From: Deltaproteobacteria bacterium
Lineage (GTDB): Bacteria; Desulfobacterota; Desulfuromonadia; Geobacterales; DSM-12255
NCBI GenBank assembly: GCA_021849045.1
Contig: JAJZTK010000002.1
Coordinates: forward strand, 1,602-65,601
DNA: 64,000 bases
Direction of reading: 5' to 3'
Part shown: piece by piece, positions 33,637 to 44,200 of the stretch
How the letters are laid out: every line of letters starts with the position of its first letter
How positions within the stretch are numbered: the first letter of the stretch is position 1
Translations under genes and position numbers: made by a program
Notes under the pieces: model-generated
Database searches by the model: none
What the model was told of the DNA's origin: nothing
Seen by the model: only the letters and a program-made list of their open reading frames with translations

Positions 33637-35253
33637 TCAGACCTGTCCCATTACCCCGTCGGCATCCTGGTCCGGAAAAGGCTTGGTGCATCCTTCGTCC
33701 GGGGCGATCGGCAGCACGATGGTAAACGTGGTTCCCTCGCCAACCCGGCTGGTCACTTCGATATTTCCGCCATGATTCTTGATTATTCCGTACGAAACAG
33801 ACAGTCCGAGACCGGTTCCGCGGTTTTCCTTGGTGGTAAAGAACGGATCGAAGATCTTGGCCAGCGTCTCTTCGGCAATGCCGCAACCGGTGTCGATTAC
33901 CCGGACGAAGAGGGATTGTTCGTCCGGGGTGACGTCAATGGTAATGGTCAGGGAGCCGGTACCGTCCATTGCCTGGCCGGCATTGAGCACCATGTTGATG
34001 AAGACCTGTTCGATCTGGCCGGGGTCGAGATAGATCCCTGGCAGAGCTTTCTGGTAGTTGCGGATTATGATGATGTTCTGAAAGAGCGTCTGGTGTTCCA
34101 CAAGGGAAAGGGCCGCATCCATCACCTGTGTGAGCGATGTCCAGGTCTTGTGGGGAACCGACTCCCGGGAAAACTTCAGGAGTCCCCGCACTATGTTGGC
34201 ACATCGTTCCGTCTCCCGGACAATCACCGACATATCGTCCTGCAGCGACGGGTCCAGCTTGGCATCTTCGCTTACCAGATTTGAGTAGACCAGGATGCCG
34301 GTCAGGGGGTTGTTGATTTCATGGGCGATCCCGGCCACCAGTTCACCCACGGAGGCGAGCTTTTCCGAGCGAACGAGTTGGGCCTGCATCGACTGGATCT
34401 CCCGGGTGCGCTCCTCGACCTTCAGTTCCAGGGTCCGGTTCCATCCCTGCAACTCCTGGCGTGCCTTCTTGAGAGAGGTTGTCATAGAGTTGAACGATTC
34501 GGCCAGTTCGCCCAGCTCGTCGTCGGAGCTAAAGGGGATGGTCTGGGTCAGGTCCCCTTGGGCCAGCAGGTTCGTGTGGTCCAGGAGATGCTTGACCGGC
34601 TTGTTGACCAGTTGCTGGGTGAAAATTGCCAGGAAGAGGGATATGAGGAGCAGGAGGACCATGGTCAGGCCGATGACCCACGAACGGGAGGAGCTGAGCT
34701 GGGCCTGCATGTTTTCCAGGGAGACGATCACATCAAGGACCCCGAGGACCTTGGCGCTTTCCGGATGGTGGTGGCAATCGGCAACATAACAGCTCGTCTC
34801 GTTATAGATGGCCTTGGCCAGACCCAGCACCTGCTTGTCGCCGGCAAGGGTGAAGATGCGGCTTCTGTTCATGGTGGAGGCGTGGAGCAACGGCTCCCCA
34901 CTGGCATGGCACATGGTGCAGGCAGCGGCCTTTTTGTCCAGAACGGTACCCGCCTCCTTGGGGTTCGTGGAGAAGATGATCTGGCCTTCCTTGTTGATGA
35001 GCCGGATGCACTCGATCCCCTTTTGCCTGCCGGCATCCTGCATGATCCGGTCGACCTGCTTGCGGTCGTTGACCAGCATCTGGTAGTGGGTCACATTAAT
35101 GAGGGTCTCGCTGAGGAGTTCGGCATTGTTCACCGCGTCGTCCAAGAGGAGCTTCCGTACGCCATGGATGTTCAGGTAGGCGAAGAGGGTCATGGTGATG
35201 AGGAGGACCACGCTGGTGACGATCGTCAGTTTTGTCGTGAGGCTGCGGTGCAT
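33637..35253 (-). CDS. sensor histidine kinase with periplasmic domain carrying c-type heme-binding motifs, HAMP, HisKA, HATPase
   Basis: TM1 (IVTSVVLLITMTLFAYL), then a periplasmic segment with CTMCH (CX2CH, nt 34906-34920) and CYVADCH (CX4CH). Then TM2, HAMP, H-box VAGIAHEINNPL and an ATPase region (VIDTGCGI, GTGLGLSVS). Confidence 0.85.
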   Translation of the reverse strand: MHRSLTTKLTIVTSVVLLITMTLFAYLNIHGVRKLLLDDAVNNAELLSETLINVTHYQMLVNDRKQVDRIMQDAGRQKGIECIRLINKEGQIIFSTNPKEAGTVLDKKAAACTMCHASGEPLLHASTMNRSRIFTLAGDKQVLGLAKAIYNETSCYVADCHHHPESAKVLGVLDVIVSLENMQAQLSSSRSWVIGLTMVLLLLISLFLAIFTQQLVNKPVKHLLDHTNLLAQGDLTQTIPFSSDDELGELAESFNSMTTSLKKARQELQGWNRTLELKVEERTREIQSMQAQLVRSEKLASVGELVAGIAHEINNPLTGILVYSNLVSEDAKLDPSLQDDMSVIVRETERCANIVRGLLKFSRESVPHKTWTSLTQVMDAALSLVEHQTLFQNIIIIRNYQKALPGIYLDPGQIEQVFINMVLNAGQAMDGTGSLTITIDVTPDEQSLFVRVIDTGCGIAEETLAKIFDPFFTTKENRGTGLGLSVSYGIIKNHGGNIEVTSRVGEGTTFTIVLPIAPDEGCTKPFPDQDADGVMGQV

Positions 35254-35300
35254 ATAGGATTCTTTTAATTAATTAAATTTTTCTCTATTATAACTTTCTG

Positions 35301-35319
35301 TTGCATTTCGTCAATGCAA
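35301..35319. promoter_or_regulatory. perfect palindrome TTGCATT-N5-AATGCAA in the divergent kinase / GH13 promoter region
   Basis: 7-bp arms at 35301-35307 and 35313-35319. It lies in an AT-rich spacer 68 nt upstream of ATG 35387. Confidence 0.4.
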
Positions 35320-35386
35320 TCTCCATCATCATGCACACTAAGCTGATGACTCACGGATTCACTATACCTGCACGGAAGGATCAGAC

Positions 35387-38300
35387 ATGAAGCGCAACAG
35401 AGTTGCCCCGGGGTATTTCCCCTTTTCCATACAGCTCCGCCGGTCCGTCTGGGACACTCGTTCTCTCGGGCCGGCAGCAACCGCCATTCGTGACGGAAAG
35501 TTGCCGCAGGTCATGTTCTACCGGGAGCTGGCGGCCCGCCTCTCCCCCCAGCCGGTCCATGCCGGCATGCTCGGTCTCTACGCCCTGCAGCTGCGGATAT
35601 TCCGAACGGTTATCGACCGCTATGCCGGGGAACAGCACCCCGGGATACTGGAACAGGTACTGGCCGCTGCCGGTTTTTCATGCGACTCGCCCGACCTCTT
35701 CGCTGTGGCGGAGCGGTTTGCTTCCCTCTTTCCCGGTACCGACCTCCTGTTCGGAACGCGTACCGATGCCGCAGCCTGGCTCGGGGAAGACAGCGCCGAT
35801 CATGCCAGAAAGAAGGAGATTGTGGCTGAACTGCTGCTGCTCAGGCTGGCAACGGAGAACCGGGCACTCGATCCGTTCCGTGAGATCCTTGACGACAACG
35901 AACTGGCGGCCGGCAGCCGCTATCCACAGGTAGTGGCGGGTGTGGAGCGGCAGTTGGCCACGTCGCCCGTGGTGGCTCCTTTCAACCTGACCCTGCCGGA
36001 ATTGCTCCGCCTCCCCTTGAAGGCGGCACCGGCTTCCCTCTATGACCAGCTGGAGTACATTCGGGCGAACTGGCGCGCAATCCTGCCGGATGAGCTGCTG
36101 ACCGAGATCCTGTCGGCCTTTGCGGTGGTCCGTGAGGAGAGCCGCATCTTTGCCCCCCGCGGCGAGCCCGGAGGGGCGCCGGTCCTTGAATTCGGCCGGG
36201 CCGATGGGGCCGGGATCAACGACTATTATCCCGAGCCCGAGCGTTTTTCTGCGGATACGGACTGGATGCCCAATGTGGTCCTCCTGGCCAAGATGGTCTA
36301 TGTCTGGCTGGGGCAGCTGTCGAAACAGTATGGCAGGGAGATCACGCGGCTCGATCAGATCCCTGACGCGGAACTGGACCGGCTGGCCCGCCGGGGGGTC
36401 ACCGGCCTCTGGCTGATCGGGCTCTGGGAGCGTTCGCCGGCCTCGCAGCGGATCAAGCAGATGTGCGGCAACCCGGAGGCGATCTCGTCCGCCTACTCCC
36501 TGTTCGACTACACCATTGCCCACGATCTCGGGGGGGAAGAGGCCCTCTGGAACCTGCGGGAACGGGCGCTCAAGCGGGGCATCCGGCTGGCCAGCGACAT
36601 GGTGCCCAACCATACCGGCATTTACTCCAAGTGGACCGTGGAACACCCGGACTGGTTCGTCCAACTTGATTATCCGCCGTACCCGGCCTACCAGTTCAAC
36701 GGCCCGGACCTCTCCTCCTCGCCCGAGGTGAGCCTCCATATCGAGGATGGCTACTGGGAACGGCGGGATGCGGCCGTGGTCTTCAAGCACTATGACCACC
36801 GCGACGGCCGGACCCGCTACATCTACCATGGCAACGACGGGACCAGCACGCCGTGGAACGATACGGCCCAGCTCAACTACCTGAATCCCGAGGTGCGGGA
36901 GGCGGTGATTCGCACCATCCTCCATGTTGCCCGGATGTTCCCCATTATCCGTTTCGATGCGGCCATGACCCTGGCCAAGAAGCACTACCAGCGCCTCTGG
37001 TTCCCCCAGCCCGGTCACGGTGGGGTGCCGTCCCGGGGGGAGCACGGTCTGACCCGGGAGCAGTTCGATACCGCCATGCCCGAGGAGTTCTGGCGCCAGG
37101 TGGTGGACCGGGTGGCGTCCGAGGCGTCCGACACCCTGCTCCTGGCCGAGGCGTTCTGGCTGATGGAGGGGTACTTCGTCCGCACCCTGGGGATGCATCG
37201 GGTCTACAACAGCGCCTTCATGAACATGCTGAAAATGGAGGAGAACGCCAAGTACCGCCAGACCGTGAAGAACGTCCTGGAGTTCAACCCCCAGGTGTTG
37301 CAGCGGTTCGTCAATTTCATGAACAATCCGGACGAGAAGACCGCGGTCGAGCAGTTCGGCAAGGAGAGCAAGTACTTCGGTGCCTGCGTTCTGCTGGTGA
37401 CCATGCCGGGACTACCGATGATCGGCCATGGACAGGTGGAGGGGTTCCACGAGAAGTACGGCATGGAATACAAGAAGGCTTATTGGGATGAGCCGGTGGA
37501 CGAGCACCTGGTGCGGGAGCACGAACGGAGGATATTTCCGCTGATGCGGCGGCGCTGGCTCTTTTCCGGCGCCGACAGCTTCGTGTTCTATGACTTCTGG
37601 AGCGGCTCCCACGTCAACGAAGATGTCTTTGCCTACTCGAACCGGGTCGGTGAGCATCGGGCAATCATCGTCTACCACAACAGGTTTGCTTCCACCTCCG
37701 GCTGGATACGGAGCTCCACTTCCTTTGCGGTAAAGAACGGGTCGGGCGATATGGAACTGCGCCGGACGACCCTTGGTGAAGCGCTCTCACTCAAGGGGGA
37801 TGGCCGGCACTACTACCTGTTCCGCGATTACGCCAGTGGCCTCGAATATATCCGCAATGGCCGTGAGCTGTGCGAGCAGGGACTGTTCGTGGAGATGGAG
37901 GCGTACGAATACCATGCCTTCCTGGACTTCAGGGAGATCTGGGACGACGAGTTCGGTACCTGGGGGAAGCTGTGCCACCAACTCAACGGACGGCCCGCTC
38001 CCAGCATGGACGAGGAGGTGAAACAGGTTCGTTACGCCGACCTCATCGACCGGCTGCGGGGGCTTTGCGACCGGCACAGCGGGCTTATTGCCGGGGCTTT
38101 CGGTGACGTGCCGGCAAAGAGCCTGGACAAGGCGAAACGTGCGTTCTGTGCCGACCTCGGCGGATTCCTGGCTGCCCTGGCAGCAACCGCTGGGCTGACG
38201 GAGGATCCGCAGTCGATCGAGAAAGCAATCGCCAAGGAGCTGGATTTCCTTGAAGGCCTGGTTGCCGAACCGGTCGCACGCGGGGAGATGGAGCCGGTTG

Positions 38301-38866
38301 CGACGCTGACCGGGTATACTGCCCGCCTCCTTGCCTTTTCCTTGCTTTGCCTGCACCGGGCGGGCGAACTTTATGGAGACAAGGGGAGTGTCGGTGTCTC
38401 TGCTGACCTGGCGCACCGTTTTGGTCTGTTCCGTCCGCTCGAAGAAGCGCTGCATGCCGAGGCCGGCGAGGAGGCCGATCCTCTGGCAATGCTGGAGGTG
38501 CCATCCATAATGGCCCTGTTTGCAGCCCTTCTGCGTTGGCAGGAGGCACTGGTGACTGCACCGGAACTGGTGGAAACCCAACTGGCCGAACTGCTCTCCG
38601 ACAACGATGTAGCAACCTTCATCGGTCGTCATGAGAGCGGCGGATATGAGTGGTTCGTCAAAGAGCGTTGGGACCTGCTGGTGAGCTGGCTGTATCTCGC
38701 TGCTTTGACAGTGGTGGCCGGCACGGCGAAAAATGGTGCCGTTACTGCCACACGGCGAAAGGCGTTGCTAAAGAGCGCGTCAACCCTTGCCGGGCGAGCG
38801 GCGACGGCCGGCTATCGCGTGGATCGATTCCTGCGGTTGGGCATACGTAATCCCCTGAATCGGTGA
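35387..38866 (+). CDS. large alpha-amylase family (GH13-like) glycosyl hydrolase, 1159 aa
   Basis: GH13 regions are present: DMVPNHTG (I), IRFDAAMTL (II), LLLAEAFW (III) and FMNNPDE (IV-like). It has long N- and C-terminal extensions. A GGAAGGA SD is present. Confidence 0.85.
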   Translation: MKRNRVAPGYFPFSIQLRRSVWDTRSLGPAATAIRDGKLPQVMFYRELAARLSPQPVHAGMLGLYALQLRIFRTVIDRYAGEQHPGILEQVLAAAGFSCDSPDLFAVAERFASLFPGTDLLFGTRTDAAAWLGEDSADHARKKEIVAELLLLRLATENRALDPFREILDDNELAAGSRYPQVVAGVERQLATSPVVAPFNLTLPELLRLPLKAAPASLYDQLEYIRANWRAILPDELLTEILSAFAVVREESRIFAPRGEPGGAPVLEFGRADGAGINDYYPEPERFSADTDWMPNVVLLAKMVYVWLGQLSKQYGREITRLDQIPDAELDRLARRGVTGLWLIGLWERSPASQRIKQMCGNPEAISSAYSLFDYTIAHDLGGEEALWNLRERALKRGIRLASDMVPNHTGIYSKWTVEHPDWFVQLDYPPYPAYQFNGPDLSSSPEVSLHIEDGYWERRDAAVVFKHYDHRDGRTRYIYHGNDGTSTPWNDTAQLNYLNPEVREAVIRTILHVARMFPIIRFDAAMTLAKKHYQRLWFPQPGHGGVPSRGEHGLTREQFDTAMPEEFWRQVVDRVASEASDTLLLAEAFWLMEGYFVRTLGMHRVYNSAFMNMLKMEENAKYRQTVKNVLEFNPQVLQRFVNFMNNPDEKTAVEQFGKESKYFGACVLLVTMPGLPMIGHGQVEGFHEKYGMEYKKAYWDEPVDEHLVREHERRIFPLMRRRWLFSGADSFVFYDFWSGSHVNEDVFAYSNRVGEHRAIIVYHNRFASTSGWIRSSTSFAVKNGSGDMELRRTTLGEALSLKGDGRHYYLFRDYASGLEYIRNGRELCEQGLFVEMEAYEYHAFLDFREIWDDEFGTWGKLCHQLNGRPAPSMDEEVKQVRYADLIDRLRGLCDRHSGLIAGAFGDVPAKSLDKAKRAFCADLGGFLAALAATAGLTEDPQSIEKAIAKELDFLEGLVAEPVARGEMEPVATLTGYTARLLAFSLLCLHRAGELYGDKGSVGVSADLAHRFGLFRPLEEALHAEAGEEADPLAMLEVPSIMALFAALLRWQEALVTAPELVETQLAELLSDNDVATFIGRHESGGYEWFVKERWDLLVSWLYLAALTVVAGTAKNGAVTATRRKALLKSASTLAGRAATAGYRVDRFLRLGIRNPLNR

Positions 38867-39002
38867 GGTTCGGGAGTTGGTGAAGCTGGTGGCAAATCTG
38901 CAAAGAGCCCCGGAATTGCTCTGGTCAACCTCTTTGCCATCTGTTATAAGGGCAGGGACGACCCGACTATCCGTGACCAACGCAGGCAAAGGAGAGTTAG
39001 AC

Positions 39003-39992
39003 GTGCGACGTGCAGTGAATATGGTGTTGATCGGTTTCGTGATGTTGACCGGCTTCGGTTGTGCCCAGAACTACTACAACGTCCCGAAGGACACTTACGA
39101 GAAGAAGGTCCGGGTTCTTGGAGTGGCACCAATCCTGGTGGATGCGGAATCCGATATCCGCCATCCGGAAAAGGGGGCCGTCGTCTCCCTGCTCAAAGAG
39201 GCGAACCGGAAGAACGAAAAGGAGTTGGTGGCGCTTCTCAAGGATACAGGCTCCTATTTTTCCGTCCGGCTGCTGGACGAGGACGCCGACCAGCTGTTTA
39301 CCGGCCTGGGCGCCCGGCGCGAGCGGCGTGACGACGGCGGCGTGATCTACAACAAGTACTTTTATCGGCCCGAGGCCCTGCAGGGGCTCGGTGACCGGCA
39401 CAAGGTGGATGCGGTCATGATCGTGACCGCGAGCGGCCTGACCCGCCAGGACAAGTTCTATTCCAGCAACCTGCTCTCCTATCTGGGTGGCGAGTACAAC
39501 TTCCTGACCTTCTCCGCCCAGGTTCTCGACCGTGACGGCACCGTGCTCTGGGAATATCCCAATTTTCGTCAGCGGATTATCAGCTACCCGGCGTTCATGG
39601 CCCTCCAGTATCCCGACTTCGACGAGGCCAAGGCCAATGCCGCCAACGAGGTTGAGGTGAAGTTCAAGACCGTGGCCGGCATCGGTCGCGCCCTGGCCAA
39701 GAGCGAGGAGTCGCATCTGCAGCCGAAGGCGTCGGTGTCGACCCTCTACCGCGACCTGTTCGACGCCATGGTGTCGTTGATGGGGAGTGGTCGGTTGTCG
39801 GAGCCGGCCAAAGAGAAGCCTGCGCCGTCTGTGGCGGCGCCACCGGCACCTGCCGCGCCGGTTGTGGTGGCACCGACTCCTGTGGTCCAGCCCCCTGCGG
39901 CGGCATCCGCTCCCGCTCCGGTTGCTCCCGTTGCCGAGCAGCCGCTGACGATCGCCCCGCCGGCAACGATTCAGGAGCTGCCGGTCAAGTAG
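39003..39992 (+). CDS. hypothetical lipoprotein with Pro/Ala-rich C-terminal tail
   Basis: GTG 39003 is preceded by AAAGGAGAG with an 8-nt spacer. Signal peptide VRRAVNMVLIGFVMLTGFGC has a lipobox. The C-terminus is PAPSVAAPPAPAAPVVVAPTPVVQPPAAASAPAPVAPV. Confidence 0.65.
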   Translation: MRRAVNMVLIGFVMLTGFGCAQNYYNVPKDTYEKKVRVLGVAPILVDAESDIRHPEKGAVVSLLKEANRKNEKELVALLKDTGSYFSVRLLDEDADQLFTGLGARRERRDDGGVIYNKYFYRPEALQGLGDRHKVDAVMIVTASGLTRQDKFYSSNLLSYLGGEYNFLTFSAQVLDRDGTVLWEYPNFRQRIISYPAFMALQYPDFDEAKANAANEVEVKFKTVAGIGRALAKSEESHLQPKASVSTLYRDLFDAMVSLMGSGRLSEPAKEKPAPSVAAPPAPAAPVVVAPTPVVQPPAAASAPAPVAPVAEQPLTIAPPATIQELPVK

Positions 39993-40018
39993 CACGGTGC
40001 GGTTCGGAAACAACGAAA

Positions 40019-40048
40019 AGGCCCGATCGACAGCTGTCGGTCGGGCCT
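40019..40048. terminator. palindromic hairpin, probable bidirectional terminator (better U-tract on the minus strand, lipA side)
   Basis: AGGCCCGATCGAC pairs with GTCGGTCGGGCCT, a 13-bp stem around the AGCT loop. It is flanked by GAAAA upstream and TCGTGTT downstream. The minus strand reads hairpin + TTTTCGTTG. Confidence 0.6.
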
Positions 40049-40248
40049 TCGTGTTCTGAATTGAACTGGTTCTCCTCAATACCCCGCATCGTGATCACCC
40101 ACATTTACCGGGATGAGCTCCTGGTCGTTGACCAGGAACTCAAAATTCGCATTCGCGGAGGTAATGGTACCGATTCATATCCATCACACCAGGCCAGCCC
40201 GATTCAACTGTCAAGTCAATACCCATCAGCTGCAAAACATAGTGAGGG

Positions 40249-41097
40249 TCAGGAATGCCGGTACCGGTCCGCATGGTAGGAACTGCGGACATACGGGCCG
40301 CTCTCCACGTGGGCGAAGCCAAGCTCTTCGGCCGCCACTTTCAACTGCTCGAACCGCTCGGGCGGGACGAATTCCACCACCGGCTGGTGGCGGCGGCTGG
40401 GTGCCAGGTACTGGCCGAGGCTTATGTAGGCGCAGCCGACCCCGCGTAGTTCCCTCAGGACGGCAAGCAGCTCCTCTTCCGTCTCCCCCAGGCCGAGCAT
40501 GACCCCTGACTTGGTCGGGATCTCCGGGGCGATCTCCCGGGCCATGCGGAGGAATTCCAGGGAGCGGTTGTAATCGGCGCCGGCCCGGATATGGTAGAGG
40601 CGGGGCACCGTTTCCAAATTGTGTCCCAGGATATTCGGCCCGGCATTCAGGATCGTTTCCAGCGCCTTCCGGTCCCCCTGCAGGTCGGGGATCAGGAGTT
40701 CGATGGCGGTCTCCGGAGCCGAGCTCCTGATGGCAGCCACCGTTGCGGCGTAGTGGCCGGCACCGCCGTCGGCAAGGTCGTCCCGAGTGGGGGAGGTTAC
40801 CACCACATGGGCCAGGGCCAGTCGCTGCACCGCCTCGGCGACGCGTCCCGGCTCCTGCGGGTCGGTTGGCAGGGGGGAATCTTTCCCGACGTTGCAGAAG
40901 GTGCAGTGCCGGGTGCAGATGGCGCCCAGGATCAGGAAGGTGGCTTGCCGCTGCCGGAAACATTCGCTAATGTTCGGACAGGAGGCTTCCTGGCAGACCG
41001 TGTGCAGCGAAAGGCCCGATAGGAGCCGTTCCATGTCGGCATTGGCTGCCGGGGAGACCTTTTTCTGCAGCCAGGCCGGTTTTCTGCGGATTTCCAT
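40249..41097 (-). CDS. lipA: lipoyl synthase
   Basis: ATG 41097 is preceded by AGGAGGT. It has the auxiliary cluster motif CQEASCPNISEC and the radical SAM motif CTRHCTFC. 282 aa. Confidence 0.93.
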   Translation of the reverse strand: MEIRRKPAWLQKKVSPAANADMERLLSGLSLHTVCQEASCPNISECFRQRQATFLILGAICTRHCTFCNVGKDSPLPTDPQEPGRVAEAVQRLALAHVVVTSPTRDDLADGGAGHYAATVAAIRSSAPETAIELLIPDLQGDRKALETILNAGPNILGHNLETVPRLYHIRAGADYNRSLEFLRMAREIAPEIPTKSGVMLGLGETEEELLAVLRELRGVGCAYISLGQYLAPSRRHQPVVEFVPPERFEQLKVAAEELGFAHVESGPYVRSSYHADRYRHS

Positions 41098-41227
41098 GGA
41101 TACCTCCTTCTGCCCTTTTCTACCCTGATCAGTGGTGAGGCGCAACCGGAATCTCTCCGTTTGACTCGGTGCTCCCCGGCGCTATAGTTGTACGACAGAG
41201 TTCACCACCGTACGCATGGAGAACATA

Positions 41228-44200
41228 ATGGCACGCTGGCGCAAATGGTTGATCGGGGTGGTTGTGGCAGCGCTGCTGTGCGCTGGGTTCATTGCCTTTA
41301 TCCTCCCGGGTATCGTCCGAAGCCAGATGGAGCAGCAGGTCAGCCGGGCGACCGGCCGCACCCTCACCGTCGGCCGGATCTCCATAAATCCCTTTACCTG
41401 GACTGCGGGGCTGGAGGGAGTCAGGCTGAGCGAAAAGGGGAACAGCCTCCCGTTTGTCTCCTTCAGCAGTGCCCGGGTGCGGGTGAGCCCCGCTTCTCTC
41501 TGGCGTCTGGCGCCGGTTCTCACCGATATCAGCCTGACCGCACCCCACGTGCGCATCGTCAGAACCGGTCCGAACCGGTTCAATTTCAGCGACCTGCTGG
41601 AGAAAAAGCCGGAAGAGAAGAAAAAGGAACCAGGTGAACCGGCCCGGTTTTCCCTCAACAATATCGTCGTGAAGGGCGGCTCGATCGATTTCCAGGACGA
41701 CGCCCTGTCGACCCCGAAACTGCATACCGTCCGGCAGCTCCTCATTCAGATCCCTTTTGTCAGCAACATCCCCTACCTGGCCGACCGGTACGTGGCGCCG
41801 AAACTGATTGCCCTGGTCAACGGCGCGCCCTTGGCTTTCGAGGGGCAGATGAAGCCGTTTGCTAAGGGGATGGAGGCGTCTGTTGCCATCAAGCTCCACG
41901 AACTGGAGATCCCCTTTTACGCCGCCTATTTCCCCAAGGAGTTGCCGCTGCGGCTGACGGCCGGCCGTTTCTCAACGGATCTTATTGTCAGCCACCGACT
42001 GACCAAAGGGGAAAAGCCGGATATCGCCGCAACCGGCACGGTCACCCTGAACGGGATCGATCTGAGGGGACGTAGCGGCGAGCCGCTGTTTACCCTGTCA
42101 GAGGGAAAGCTCGCCATTGCCCGGATCGGTCTGCTCAGTGGCGAATACCGTGCCGCGAACATTGCCCTGGACACCCCGGTGGTCAGCGTAGTCCGGAACC
42201 GGCAGGGAGAGTGGAATTTTCAGCAATTGACGGACAGCGGCGCCGCGGGCAAGGACTCTGCTGAAGCCGGCAAGACCCGGGAAAAAACGGCTGGGAAAGC
42301 TGCAAAGCCGCTCATAGCAGTTGGCGAGACGCGGGTGATCAACGGCTCGGTTCGCTTCAGCGATGCCGTTCCGGTCGGCGGGTTCACGGCCGAGGCGAAG
42401 CAACTGGCAATTACGGTGACCGGTTTTTCCACCGAGCAGGGGAAGACCGCCAACCTGTCCCTGGGGTTCACTACCCCCCGCAACGAACAGTTCGTTGCCA
42501 GCGGCACCCTGTCCGTAACCCCACTGGCCTTCACCGTTCGTCCGACACTCACCAACGGCGTACTGGAAACCGCGTATCCGTACCTTGCCAGCTATCTCAC
42601 CGCGCCGGTTTCCGGGCGGCTCAACGCCAGCGGCGAGCTCAGTTACTCGGCAGAGCAGGGGCTGAAGATTGTTGGCGGCGACCTGGAGCTGCGACAGCTG
42701 GCACTCTCTTTTGCCAAGCGGGAAGGGGTCAAAATCCCGCTCCTGGCGGTGAACGGGGCAGCCTACAGCCAGAAGGAACAGTCTCTCACCGTTGACAGGG
42801 TGGTACAGCAGGGGGGAGAGGTCGTCATCTCCCGTGACGCCAGCGGTGTCTTTTCGCCAACGCGACTGCTTAAGCCGTCGCCCGTCGCATCAGTGCCGCC
42901 GCCGGCGAAGCAGAAAAAGCGTGACGAGAAGGGGGCGCCGTTTCGCTTCGCCGTTAAGCAGGTAACGATGAACAGCCTGAATGCCTCGTTTACCGACCAT
43001 ACCCGTGAAGACGCACCGACCTTCACCATGAAGAAGGCGAGCCTTTCCCTGTCAGACCTGCGCGGGCCCCGGATGACCCCCATGCCGTTTCGTTTTTCTG
43101 CCGGCTATGGCCAGAAGGGTTCCCTCAAGGCCAACGGCCGCATCTGCCCTGATCCGTTTCTTTTCAAGGGAAACGTGGCTCTGGCGCGGATTCCGGTGCT
43201 GGATGCCGAGCCATACCTGCCGGACGGGGTGAACGTGGTGCTGGCAGACGGTTCTCTGGACGCGACCCTGTCCCTCGACCTGGCCGCCCGTGCAGCCGGG
43301 ATTAGCGGCAGTTTCAAGGGGAGCCTGGGGGTGCGCAACTTCTACAGCCTCGACGCCGAGGAGAACGAGGACCTGCTCAAATGGGAGAGTCTGCAACTGG
43401 ATGGGGTGAGCGGCACCCTTGCCCCCTTCTCCCTGCAACTGGCCGGCGTTTCGCTCAACAACTACTACGCCCGGGTCATCATCAACCGCCAGGGGGTTGT
43501 CAACCTGCAGGAGCTCTACAAGCCCGATCAGCCTGCGGCCGTGGCAGCCAAGCCCGTATCGGCTCCACCGGTTACAGCACCTTCGGTGGCGTCGGCTCCT
43601 GCCGCTGCTCCTGACAAGAGCATCCGGATCGATACCGTTACCCTCCAGGATGGGGTCCTCAATTTCACCGATCGCCATCTGAGCAGGGAGTTTTCCACCA
43701 CCATGGTCAACCTGGGGGGGAGGGTGAGCGGGTTGACCTCAGAGGAGGGGAAGGCCGCTGACGTGGACCTGCGGGGGAATCTGGAGAACCAGTCGCCGCT
43801 GCGCATTACCGGCCGGATCAATCCGCTCAAGGGGGATCTGTTCCTGGATATCCTGATCCGTTTCAGCGATATCGAGCTGGCCCCCATGACCCCCTACTCG
43901 GGTACCTACCTGGGGTACAGTGTGGACAAGGGAAAACTGACCCTTGACCTCAAATACCTAATCGAACAGAAGCGGCTCAAGGCCGAAAACAAGGTGTTCA
44001 TGGACCAGTTAACCTTTGGCAAGGCCGTGGAGAGCGACAAGGCGACCAGGCTGCCGGTCCGGCTTGCCGTGGCCCTGCTCAAGGACCGGAAGGGAGAGAT
44101 CCGGCTCGACTTGCCGGTGGCCGGCCGTACCGACGACCCGGAGTTCAGCATCTGGGGAGTGGTGTGGCAGATGTTGAAGAACCTGCTGGTCAAGGCGGCA

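Noticed and set aside
40061-40322. ORFs 40061-40279 plus (72 aa, TTG start) and 40140-40322 minus (60 aa) downstream of lipA.
   Set aside because: Neither has an SD or a recognisable motif. The minus ORF overlaps the lipA 3' end, and the plus ORF starts inside the terminator flank. The interval is treated as a possible structured 3' UTR.
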